Source: a virus
Taxonomy: Duplodnaviria > Heunggongvirae > Uroviricota > Caudoviricetes
Length of the DNA: 64,000 nt
Direction: 5' to 3' (one strand)
IMG/VR virus record: IMGVR_UViG_3300028602_000005
Coordinates: 82,137 to 146,136 of that record
The notes beneath the pieces are model-generated. The model saw only the letters and a program-made list of their open reading frames with translations, ran no database searches and was not told the origin of the DNA. Position 1 is the stretch's first letter. The number at the start of each line of letters is the position of its first letter. Of this stretch, positions 20,783-29,190 are shown piece by piece. Position numbers and translations under genes: made by a program.

Positions 20783-21894
20783 ATTTTAAAACAATGACTT
20801 TAGGAGAAAAAATAGATTTTGAAATGGGAGAGGAAGATGGAAGAAAAACAGGATGTAAGGGATTTGAAACATATCCTTTATTCTGGATTAATATGTTTTT
20901 AAATTATACTTGTACTAGAAGTTGTACTAATTGTTTTGCTGGTGGTGGAAAAAATAATTTCGTAATGCCAGATGATGTTTATAATAGATTATTAAATTGG
21001 TTAGTAGAAGTTTATAATCTTCATGGATTTAAGTATTCTTGTTTTGTTTATTTGGGTGGTGAACCTCTTTTAGAATTTGATAAAATTGTTGGGATAATGG
21101 AACATATGGAAAAAAATAATGTTCAAGGGGTTTATCACCATATTTCATCTAATTTTGATTTGATTGATAAAATAGATTTGAATAGATTAGTTTATCCTTC
21201 TTTAATGTCTTTTAATATAACAGATTTATCATTTGATGAAGTTTCGAAAAGATCAAAATATTTTGGTAAAATGAAAAATGTAGTTCAACAAGAAGTTAAA
21301 TTAACAGCATATGAATCTAATCTCCCAAGATTAAAAGAATTAGCAGAATTTGGAATTTCAAATGGATTTAGAGTAAGAATTTATAGAGATCAAACACAAC
21401 ATTCAAATGAAGAATATAAAACTAAATTTATAAAAGCTCTGCATGAATATTTAGATGTTTTTGAAAAATATATTGAAAAGGGATATCATACAAATGTAAA
21501 ATATGTTATTCTTGATGCTTTAATTCCAAATGTTCCAAATAGAACTTGTGGGAGAGCAAATCTTAATGTTTATCCAGATGGATCTGTCGGTCCTTGTATA
21601 AGAGCTTTAGATGATATTAAAGGAACATTATGGACACCGAATCCTTTAAAATTAGCTTTAGATGAAAAATATATTTATTCTTCAAATTCAAAATATTGTC
21701 ATGATGATTGTAGAGAATGTAAAGTTAAACATACATGTAAAGGTGGATGTCCTTATGATAAATCTTTGGCTTATGGTGAAATTAAAGAAGGGATGAAAAG
21801 TCCTTGGTGTAGAGTTTATAAAGAAATTGTCCCAAGAATTGATAAAATTGCAAATAAAAATAGAAAAGGGAATTCAATTACAATAGGGATTTAA
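20770..21894 (+). CDS. Radical SAM/SPASM enzyme 2 (divergent)
   Basis: CTRSCTNC, YLGGEPLL. SPASM TCG..VYPDGSVGPC..CRECKVKHTCKGGCP..WC. Confidence 0.92.
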   Translation: MQEVDFKTMTLGEKIDFEMGEEDGRKTGCKGFETYPLFWINMFLNYTCTRSCTNCFAGGGKNNFVMPDDVYNRLLNWLVEVYNLHGFKYSCFVYLGGEPLLEFDKIVGIMEHMEKNNVQGVYHHISSNFDLIDKIDLNRLVYPSLMSFNITDLSFDEVSKRSKYFGKMKNVVQQEVKLTAYESNLPRLKELAEFGISNGFRVRIYRDQTQHSNEEYKTKFIKALHEYLDVFEKYIEKGYHTNVKYVILDALIPNVPNRTCGRANLNVYPDGSVGPCIRALDDIKGTLWTPNPLKLALDEKYIYSSNSKYCHDDCRECKVKHTCKGGCPYDKSLAYGEIKEGMKSPWCRVYKEIVPRIDKIANKNRKGNSITIGI

Positions 21895-21906
21895 GGAGAT
21901 TAAAAG

Positions 21907-22929
21907 ATGAAAATTTTAACAGTTGATAATATACATGATAGTGATTTATTTTCAGATGATGTTAAAACGATTGGAGTTTTAATTTTATTAATGGTTGATT
22001 ATGAATATCTTTTTTTAAGTAAAAATTTTTTAAATAAGATAAATATGATTAAACCAATGGTTGATAAAATGGTTTGTTTATTTTCTCCGACATGTAATGT
22101 TTATTCAAATAATATAACAAATAAAGATGTTAAAAAAAATATAATTCAAGATCCAGATTATCTTAAATCTAAAAGTGAAGAGAACTTTAAAATTCTGGAA
22201 GAAAATATAGATTATATTTCATTTAATAATTTTTCTTATTCAAGAACCGAAGAAATAGAAAATATAATTAAAACTTTAGATATAGATACAATAAAATTAA
22301 AACAAAGTTTATTTATAGAAAGTTATCCAGTATCAAGTATTGAAAATGTTTTTAGATTTCTTCCTGAAGAAAAAACAATTGTTTTTAGAGATAAAAATTT
22401 TATGTTAAATCATTGGATAAATGAATTTCAATTAAAAAGACAAATAAGACATGAATATAATCTTAATTTATTTAAATCAGTTGGGAGAATTATTCTTCCA
22501 ACTTTTAGAGATGATAGTGGATTAATTTGTTCAGAAGGTGAAAATGATCATTCTATTCTGTCAGAAGAAATAACTAATGCTTTAATTAATTTAAAGTCAT
22601 ATCTTAGAGATTATAATGTAATTAATAAAACTCTTAAAGAAATTACTTTAGATTTGAATAAAAACATTCCATTAAAAATAGAAGATTCAAAATATTTTGT
22701 TTTTTGTGCAAATCTTGAAAATTCATTATTGAATACTTATGAAAATAAAATAATAGATTTTGAAAAAGGATATGTTGTTGTAAGAATATATAAAGAAGGT
22801 TCTCCTATTGTTAATGAAGTAAAATTTATAGGATTAGATGAAAGTAAATTTTTTGATTTAGAAACTGTAAATGATATTAATGAAGAAATCACTAAAGATA
22901 ATTTACTTAATTTTGCAAAATGGGATTAG
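21907..22929 (+). CDS. Degenerate PanC-like fold protein 2 (paralog of 18250)
   Basis: IVFRDKNF and LPTFRDDSGLICS resemble PanC motifs. Shares KP(L/M)VDK and E(I/V)KFIGLDE with 18250. No HxGH. Confidence 0.55.
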   Translation: MKILTVDNIHDSDLFSDDVKTIGVLILLMVDYEYLFLSKNFLNKINMIKPMVDKMVCLFSPTCNVYSNNITNKDVKKNIIQDPDYLKSKSEENFKILEENIDYISFNNFSYSRTEEIENIIKTLDIDTIKLKQSLFIESYPVSSIENVFRFLPEEKTIVFRDKNFMLNHWINEFQLKRQIRHEYNLNLFKSVGRIILPTFRDDSGLICSEGENDHSILSEEITNALINLKSYLRDYNVINKTLKEITLDLNKNIPLKIEDSKYFVFCANLENSLLNTYENKIIDFEKGYVVVRIYKEGSPIVNEVKFIGLDESKFFDLETVNDINEEITKDNLLNFAKWD

Positions 22930-24419
22930 AAAGGAAAATAAATATAATGAATGATGATTTTGAAATTCCACATCAAAGTTCATGTACGATAGATTTAACA
23001 GAAGAATGTAATATGGCATGTGATTATTGTTTTACACATTCTCAACATAACAAAAAAGTTTTATCTGAAGAAATGGGTAAAAAAATAATTGATCTTTGGT
23101 TTTTAAATGTTATGTTAGATTCTTCTTCTAATAAAACTCCAAATATTTCATTTTGGGGTGGAGAACCATTATTAGAATTTGAATTAATGAAAAAACTTAT
23201 TAAATATGGAGATGAAATATCTAATAATACACTTACATATGGTGGAACTACAAATGGAACTTTATACACAGCAGAAGTCGCTGAATGGTGTTTAAAAAAT
23301 AAATCTCCTATGTTAGTTTCATCTGATGGTGTTGAAGAAGCTCATGATAAACACAGAAAATTCAAAAATGGAAGAGGGACTTGGAAAGTAATAGATAAAA
23401 ATTTAAGAGAAATTGTTAAATTCTTTCCAAAACAAAAAGTTAGATTATCTATATCAACAGATAACTGTCATTTGTTTTATGATTCTTTTTTATATTTTAT
23501 TGAAGGTTTGGGAATGAAGGAATTTTCTTTTTCTCCTGTTTTTGAAGATGATTGGACAAAAGAAAAATTTGATATTTTAGAAGAACAATTTAATAAATGT
23601 ATTGACTATATTTTAAAGGAAGCTAAAAGAAATAATTTTATAGATTTAAAACATTTTACAGATATAATGTTAAGAAATGGATCAGAACAGATTATAAGAA
23701 ATCCATGTGGTGCTGGAACTGGTTATTCTGCTTGGTCTATTGAGGGATTACAATTTGCATGTCAAAGATTTAATAAACATGGTTTATCATTAGAAGAAAA
23801 GTTAAAATCTCCTTTCCTTATAGGAAGGATAAAAGATGATAAATATGAAATATATAGAGAACCAAGACAGCAATTTATTAATTTTAAAGATAAATTAGAG
23901 GATAGGTGTGGTCATTGTTCGCTATTAAAAAATTCAAATTGTTATGGAAATTGTTTTTCTGTTAATTATGATTTAATGGGAGATATTAATAAAACTCCAA
24001 AAGTATGTTGTGATTTTAATAAACTTCAAAATGATATGGGATTAAAATTAAGAAAATTATTTGATGATAATAAAATTATTCACCCTAAAATGAAACAAAA
24101 ACAAATTAAAAATGGATGTGGTCTTTGTTATAATATGTGTTATTCTGAGGGAACAGATGAAGAGATTACAATAATAGATAGAAGAAAAAATCATTATTGT
24201 AATTGTGATGTTATTGAATATTCAGATAATCTTAAAAGATTAAATTGTAGATCTATTAAAGAAATTGATGATGATAGTAAAAAATTATTTAAATCATTAG
24301 AGACATGCAAAAAGATTTTAGAAACTAGAGATATGAATAAAAGAGAAGACTTAATTAAAATGGAAGATAAAGTCTTCAATGATACAATAGAATCAATAAA
24401 AAAATTCACAAAAAAATAA
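22920..24419 (+). CDS. Radical SAM/SPASM maturase 3 (close paralog of 19241)
   Basis: CNMACDYC, FWGGEPLL, TTNGTL. CGAG..FACQRF..CGHC....NCYGNC, plus C-terminal CGLCYNMCYSE. Confidence 0.95.
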   Translation: MGLERKINIMNDDFEIPHQSSCTIDLTEECNMACDYCFTHSQHNKKVLSEEMGKKIIDLWFLNVMLDSSSNKTPNISFWGGEPLLEFELMKKLIKYGDEISNNTLTYGGTTNGTLYTAEVAEWCLKNKSPMLVSSDGVEEAHDKHRKFKNGRGTWKVIDKNLREIVKFFPKQKVRLSISTDNCHLFYDSFLYFIEGLGMKEFSFSPVFEDDWTKEKFDILEEQFNKCIDYILKEAKRNNFIDLKHFTDIMLRNGSEQIIRNPCGAGTGYSAWSIEGLQFACQRFNKHGLSLEEKLKSPFLIGRIKDDKYEIYREPRQQFINFKDKLEDRCGHCSLLKNSNCYGNCFSVNYDLMGDINKTPKVCCDFNKLQNDMGLKLRKLFDDNKIIHPKMKQKQIKNGCGLCYNMCYSEGTDEEITIIDRRKNHYCNCDVIEYSDNLKRLNCRSIKEIDDDSKKLFKSLETCKKILETRDMNKREDLIKMEDKVFNDTIESIKKFTKK

Positions 24420-24425
24420 ATGAAA

Positions 24426-24448
24426 GTGGGAGAATAAACTTCTCCCAC
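24426..24448. terminator. Hairpin between convergent genes, ending the rSAM operon
   Basis: GTGGGAGAA-taaac-TTCTCCCAC, with A-rich and T-rich flanks. Confidence 0.75.
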
Positions 24449-24483
24449 ATACCTTTTTTCTCCTTTATTTTCATTTAAAAACT

Positions 24484-25017
24484 TCAATAATGGTATTTTT
24501 TTTTCATTTCAAAAATCTTATCATCATTCACATTTAATGATTTTATTGTAATAAGATTTAAATCTTGATATCCATTATAGCATTTCATATTATTAATATG
24601 TCTGTCTTCCCAAATAATATGTTTTAAAATTTCAGACTTACATTTTTTAGATATATATATTTCTATTTCATACAATATATTATCTAAACAGTAATAATTT
24701 ACAAATTCTACTTTAACATTATCAAGAATAATAATATTTTTTTCTTGATAACATTTTACTCTTTTATAAAAATTTCCTTCAGATGATACTTCCATTTTGA
24801 GATTACCAAAATTTTTATTTTTGGTAATATCTTCATCTAAGTAAAAACAATGAAATGATTTTATATCATTTTTTAATAAATCTGTTTGTGTTTCATTATT
24901 TGGACCAATAAAAGTAAGTCCTACCAAAAATATTATTATAAAAATGATTATTGATATTACAAATATATTTTTTTCATAAATTTTTTCTCCTTTTATTTTT
25001 AGAAATTCCTTTTCCAT
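24484..25017 (-). CDS. Hypothetical protein with N-terminal TM anchor
   Basis: ORF with hydrophobic IFVISIIIFIIIFLVGLTFI. Confidence 0.6.
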   Translation of the reverse strand: MEKEFLKIKGEKIYEKNIFVISIIIFIIIFLVGLTFIGPNNETQTDLLKNDIKSFHCFYLDEDITKNKNFGNLKMEVSSEGNFYKRVKCYQEKNIIILDNVKVEFVNYYCLDNILYEIEIYISKKCKSEILKHIIWEDRHINNMKCYNGYQDLNLITIKSLNVNDDKIFEMKKKYHY

Positions 25018-25038
25018 TTTCTTTGATGTTATTTAAAA

Positions 25039-25065
25039 AAAATGGGAACTAATAGTTCCCATTTT
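25039..25065. terminator. Intrinsic terminator hairpin
   Basis: AAAATGGGAACT-aat-AGTTCCCATTTT. Confidence 0.75.
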
Positions 25066-25068
25066 GGT

Positions 25069-25245
25069 TTATGAAAATAATTTTCGATTTAGCAATTCCC
25101 AATGTCTGGGATCTTCTAAATCTAGTAAAAATCCTTTTCGATTTACCGGTTTTATATAAGCAAAACCGATAGATGAAAGAAAGGGGAGAATATAAGCAAT
25201 TATCTCTCCTTTCATATTAAACACTTTTCCATTATCAATCAGCAT
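25069..25245 (-). CDS. Small hypothetical protein (58 aa, not in ORF track)
   Basis: GGAGGA RBS, then ATG CTG ATT GAT... to TAA, read manually. Confidence 0.6.
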   Translation of the reverse strand: MLIDNGKVFNMKGEIIAYILPFLSSIGFAYIKPVNRKGFLLDLEDPRHWELLNRKLFS

Positions 25246-25254
25246 TTATCCTCC

Positions 25255-25572
25255 CTAGAAAATGTAAACATAAAATACGCGAATAGGAGAAGATTCTATC
25301 TCCTCCTTCGTGAACTCTCTTGCTTCATTGGCCCTAAATGAAGGGATGATACAATATACTTGATCCCCAGATTTAAGACATAGATTAACTCTATTAAAGT
25401 TAATCTCTTCACCAAGTAATGTGGAAAATACTTTTGATGTTGTTTCATGCGAAATTGCATGAGACATTTCTTTGAATGGAACTGAAATTTGATCCAATCT
25501 CATCTCTGCAACTTCTGCCCTTGCTCCTTTTTCTAACATCAACGGTGAAAATGTATTTGTTAAATAAATCAT
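25255..25572 (-). CDS. DUF1874 / STIV B116-like protein
   Basis: YLTNTFSPLML..SHAISHETTS..LLGEEI..NR..L..GD matches the family pattern. Start follows a GGAGG RBS. Confidence 0.7.
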   Translation of the reverse strand: MIYLTNTFSPLMLEKGARAEVAEMRLDQISVPFKEMSHAISHETTSKVFSTLLGEEINFNRVNLCLKSGDQVYCIIPSFRANEAREFTKEEIESSPIRVFYVYIF

Positions 25573-25573
25573 A

Positions 25574-25927
25574 TTATCCTCCATTTTTATATGAATTACT
25601 TCGTCCTTCAAATAAGATAGTCATAAATAGACTATCTTCCTCTAACAATATTTTTGGAATAAATTCCCCATTTAAATTTGAATATACATAAACATAAATA
25701 TACTTTTGAAGGACTTCCTTTAGTTTATTATTGTTAAATACTAAAGGAATAGCTTCTATTTCTTCTATTTGAGATATTTTAAAAACACATCTCTCATTAA
25801 GTGGAATATTTTTCATAATATCCCCCACACTATAAAAATCCTTATTGGAGGCTATTCTAAAAAAATCCAGTGCATCTTGAAATTTTCCTATTATTAAAAA
25901 TTCCCGCATAGAACAACCTCCTTTCAT
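25574..25927 (-). CDS. Hypothetical protein
   Basis: ORF track. Likely start 25909 after GGAGG. Confidence 0.55.
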   Translation of the reverse strand: MKGGCSMREFLIIGKFQDALDFFRIASNKDFYSVGDIMKNIPLNERCVFKISQIEEIEAIPLVFNNNKLKEVLQKYIYVYVYSNLNGEFIPKILLEEDSLFMTILFEGRSNSYKNGG

Positions 25928-25944
25928 TTTTTATTTTCATTTAG

Positions 25945-25955
25945 TAATATATATA
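25945..25955 (-). promoter_or_regulatory. TATATATATTA motif (putative early promoter)
   Basis: One of 11 intergenic copies, oriented with the downstream gene. Confidence 0.55.
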
Positions 25956-26053
25956 GTAATATTATTGGTTTACAGATTAAATTTTGATGTTTAAAAACAA
26001 AAAAAAGAATTGATTGATATGAATCAATTCTTTTTATTATATTCAAAATTCCA

Positions 26054-26293
26054 TTATGGAATATTTAAATATACAAAATACTTCTCTCTATATTGACCTT
26101 CTCTTAATCTCTTGTGATATTTAAGGAGTTTTAAATCATTTGATTTTTCAATTTCTCCTAATATTTCATTAAATTCAGGAATTTCTTTTCCAAATTCAAG
26201 CATTTTCTCAATTAACTCTGGTAAGAGTTTTATCAATTTTTCTCCACCTGAAAATTCATTCTCCAATAGATTCTTTATTATTTCTACTATCAT
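26054..26293 (-). CDS. Hypothetical protein
   Basis: ORF with AGGAG RBS. Confidence 0.55.
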   Translation of the reverse strand: MIVEIIKNLLENEFSGGEKLIKLLPELIEKMLEFGKEIPEFNEILGEIEKSNDLKLLKYHKRLREGQYREKYFVYLNIP

Positions 26294-26302
26294 ATAATCT
26301 CC

Positions 26303-26689
26303 TTATATTGATTTAAGTTCTTTGACTACAATATAATATGGTATTGCTTCTTTTTTTTCTATCATCTCCTTTGGAAAATTTTTTAAAATATATTCCATTG
26401 TTTCAAGATAAAATAGTTCAGTAGTACATTCATTAAACCCCCATTTAACAGTATCAATATTACTATTGTTTAATGATAAGAAATCTAAATATATTTTCTT
26501 AGACCCTTTTATCTTTTTTTCAAATATTTTTATTCTTATTCTATTTGAATTTAAATTTTTAAAAAGTTTTTCCATTTTTGAACGACATAAATCTATATTA
26601 TATGTTTTACTAATCCATCGAGGACAAAACCACCAATAATGCTCACAATATGTAAATATAGGGGATACAAAAATAGGTTTCTCAGTCAT
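26303..26689 (-). CDS. Hypothetical protein (paralog of 27123)
   Basis: Shares YxWxCP and F..(K/R)(I/V)KG(S/A)(K/R)KIY with 27123..27320. Confidence 0.6.
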   Translation of the reverse strand: MTEKPIFVSPIFTYCEHYWWFCPRWISKTYNIDLCRSKMEKLFKNLNSNRIRIKIFEKKIKGSKKIYLDFLSLNNSNIDTVKWGFNECTTELFYLETMEYILKNFPKEMIEKKEAIPYYIVVKELKSI

Positions 26690-26716
26690 GTTATTTACCT
26701 TTCATTTAAAATTAAA

Positions 26717-27082
26717 TTAACATTCTTCAATTAAAATGTAAAACCTTTTTGGTTCTCTTTTTTCTAATATTTCGTTTTGTATAATTTTTTCTTCTTCCCC
26801 AATAAATCCTAAGTCTATGGGAATTGTAAATCTTCCCAATCCTATAGATCCACTAACAGAGAACTTTGAATCAGTATAAAGAATTGTAGATCCATCTTCC
26901 ATTAAACATAAAACCTTTACATATATAATGGCACTTGATCCACTTCCACCACTTGAATATTCTGCGTATTTTACTTCTTTAACATCTTGTGGAATATAAA
27001 CGATATTCCCTTTTTCAGCAAAAGATAAAGTTGAAAGAGACATAATAATGAAGACAATAATAAGACCGATAAAAGTTTTCAT
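26717..27082 (-). CDS. Hypothetical exported protein
   Basis: Signal-peptide-like MKTFIGLIIVFIIMSLSTLSFA. Confidence 0.6.
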   Translation of the reverse strand: MKTFIGLIIVFIIMSLSTLSFAEKGNIVYIPQDVKEVKYAEYSSGGSGSSAIIYVKVLCLMEDGSTILYTDSKFSVSGSIGLGRFTIPIDLGFIGEEEKIIQNEILEKREPKRFYILIEEC

Positions 27083-27122
27083 TTTTTAATTTCCTTTATT
27101 TTCTTTAATGAGAAATCTATTT

Positions 27123-27320
27123 TTATTTACCACATGAAAAATATATTTTACGAGCACCTTTAACTCTATTTTTAAATGTTTGATTTTTAAATTTATTTGC
27201 AGTTAAATTATTTACATTCTTTTCAAATTGTCTATATCTCTTTTGATCATTTTTATTGTCATAAATTGGTGGTAAATAAGGACAAACCCATCTATAATAA
27301 CGAATATATATTTCCATCAT
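27123..27320 (-). CDS. Hypothetical protein (short paralog of 26303)
   Basis: See 26303. Confidence 0.55.
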   Translation of the reverse strand: MMEIYIRYYRWVCPYLPPIYDNKNDQKRYRQFEKNVNNLTANKFKNQTFKNRVKGARKIYFSCGK

Positions 27321-27332
27321 TTAAATATCTCC

Positions 27333-27803
27333 TTATTTTATAGGTATAGATATTAATTTAATATCTTTTATTAATTTAGAATTAGAATTATTAACTCCAT
27401 TTAAATAACTAAAAGTATCTGCTGAATCGTTTCCCACCATTATATATTTTAAAGTAATTCTATCATCACCACCAAAAATTAAATTAAATTTTTTTATAAT
27501 GTATAAAACAGTTTTTCCAGTATCCATAAAATCATCTACTATACACCCATTTCCTTTTATCTTCATTGTCGATCCAGCAATTAAACCAGAATGACAGCTT
27601 TCTCCTTCTTTTCTAAAATTTAAATGATATAAGTGTTTATCTGTACACAGCATCAATAGGGCAGATGCAATAGAACAACCACTTGAACCTGTAGATACTA
27701 AAAAATTAACATCATCAGGAAGGAGTATTTTATATTCTGATGCTGCTTTTATTAATTTTTCAGAATTAAAAAAAGTTGAATTATATTCAATTATCATATT
27801 CAT
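27333..27803 (-). CDS. Type I phosphoribosyltransferase-like protein
   Basis: PRPP-binding loop CIVDDFMDTGKT. Confidence 0.75.
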   Translation of the reverse strand: MNMIIEYNSTFFNSEKLIKAASEYKILLPDDVNFLVSTGSSGCSIASALLMLCTDKHLYHLNFRKEGESCHSGLIAGSTMKIKGNGCIVDDFMDTGKTVLYIIKKFNLIFGGDDRITLKYIMVGNDSADTFSYLNGVNNSNSKLIKDIKLISIPIK

Positions 27804-27852
27804 TCTCCTATAAGTATTTTATATTATTAATAAAAAAATATTTGTTTATTAT

Positions 27853-27863
27853 TAATATATATA
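27853..27863 (-). promoter_or_regulatory. TATATATATTA motif
   Basis: Upstream of 27803. Confidence 0.55.
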
Positions 27864-27933
27864 GAAAATGATTTAATATATTAAATTTTTAAAAAAAAGA
27901 GAGATATTGAATCTCCCTTTTTTATATTAATTT

Positions 27934-28368
27934 TTATTCATTAAAAATTTCTATCAATTTGATCTTCTCTAAAGAGAAGTCTTTGGCAACTTTATCCCAA
28001 GCATTTCCCAATTTGCGACCTATTAAAATATATTTGACGTTATCAGTTATTTCTATGGGAGTTCCTTGAAATATATTAATAATCGTCTGTCCAGATTGTA
28101 TGACATCATCTACAATGCAGATAACATCAGAACTATCTGGATAACACCCTCCTATAGGAGAATGCTCATTAATTAAACTTTTTCTAATAGCTATATGTTT
28201 TAAATCCCTTTTGCTATTAAATAACATTGCCGATGCTATAGAACATCCGCTATATCCCATCGACATCAGAAAAGTAACATTATTAGGAAGTGCCGCTGTA
28301 TAAAAAGGCACTACATCTTTTAACTTATTAGAGTTAAAAAATGTTTCATTATAATACACTATCATCAT
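27934..28368 (-). CDS. Type I phosphoribosyltransferase-like protein, paralog
   Basis: CIVDDVIQSGQT. Shares YNxTFFNSxKL and SGCSIASA with 27333. Confidence 0.75.
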   Translation of the reverse strand: MMIVYYNETFFNSNKLKDVVPFYTAALPNNVTFLMSMGYSGCSIASAMLFNSKRDLKHIAIRKSLINEHSPIGGCYPDSSDVICIVDDVIQSGQTIINIFQGTPIEITDNVKYILIGRKLGNAWDKVAKDFSLEKIKLIEIFNE

Positions 28369-28448
28369 ATTTCTCCTTTTTTAGATTGATTTTACTTTTT
28401 TTCTTTTTCAATAGTAAACAACAATTTCAAATTTTTTTAATCAATTAG

Positions 28449-28459
28449 TAATATATATA
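28449..28459 (-). promoter_or_regulatory. TATATATATTA motif
   Basis: Upstream of 28368, divergent from the late motif at 28484. Confidence 0.55.
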
Positions 28460-28483
28460 GTTATAATGAATATTTTCATATTT

Positions 28484-28494
28484 TTAGAACAAAA
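28484..28494 (+). promoter_or_regulatory. TTAGAACAAAA motif
   Basis: 11 of 12 bases match, upstream of 28518. Confidence 0.55.
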
Positions 28495-28517
28495 AAATAA
28501 AAAGAGGATTTAATATT

Positions 28518-29120
28518 ATGGACTTTAAAAAATTATTATTTGAAGTTAAGTTAGGTTTTTATTTACCCTTTTATAATCTTTATTATAGAATATGGAATTT
28601 TATTAATAGAAATAGAGATAGATTAGATTTCACAAAAAAAACTTTTCCCCATACAAATTTTAGTCATAGTGTTTATGATTGGCAAAAAAGAGAAAAACAA
28701 ACTAATCCTAAAAAAGAAATTCAATCTGGAGTTATAAATTTAGATTTGGCAAAAAAAATTCATAAAGAATGTTTGATAAATTTTAAATATGTTAAAGACA
28801 TAGATCAATTCAAAATAAATGATTATTGGGCAACATCAGGTGAAGTTTTAAAAGAACAAAAGGATGATTGTGATGGATTTGCAGTTTTGATTTGGAGGAA
28901 ATTAAGAGATGCTGGTTTTCCTGATGATAAAATAGGAATGATAATTGTTCCAGGTCATATGTGTGCGTGTATATATCATTCAGAGAATGATTTTATTATA
29001 TTAGATAATGGATTTTTAACTTTCTCTTTTGAAAAAGCAAGTGTTTTCTTTTCAACTGATAGAGGAAAAGAAAAACTTCCAATATTAGGATTCAATATGT
29101 TTTATAAATGGGGATATTAA
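28518..29120 (+). CDS. Transglutaminase-like cysteine peptidase (BTLCP/C93-like)
   Basis: DYWAT..E....DDCDGFA..L..AG..GHM..LDN gives a Cys-His-Asp triad. Confidence 0.75.
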   Translation: MDFKKLLFEVKLGFYLPFYNLYYRIWNFINRNRDRLDFTKKTFPHTNFSHSVYDWQKREKQTNPKKEIQSGVINLDLAKKIHKECLINFKYVKDIDQFKINDYWATSGEVLKEQKDDCDGFAVLIWRKLRDAGFPDDKIGMIIVPGHMCACIYHSENDFIILDNGFLTFSFEKASVFFSTDRGKEKLPILGFNMFYKWGY

Positions 29121-29137
29121 GACAAAAAAATAAATGG

Positions 29138-29190
29138 GGAATAGGAAACTAATGAACTTTTTTAATATCGTTCATTTCGTTTCCTATTCC
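29138..29190. terminator. Long interrupted hairpin between convergent units
   Basis: GGAATAGGAAAC/GTTTCCTATTCC outer stem and AATGAAC/GTTCATT inner stem. Confidence 0.6.

Noticed and set aside
18250-22929. Functional pantothenate synthetase (panC) as an auxiliary metabolic gene
   Set aside because: The HxGH ATP-binding motif and SSRN are lost, and no other pan genes are nearby. No gene symbol given.
19241-24419. rSAMs as anaerobic sulfatase maturases or NrdG/QueE-type activases
   Set aside because: No sulfatase, RNR or queuosine genes are adjacent, whereas Cys-repeat genes are. They cannot be excluded elsewhere in the genome.
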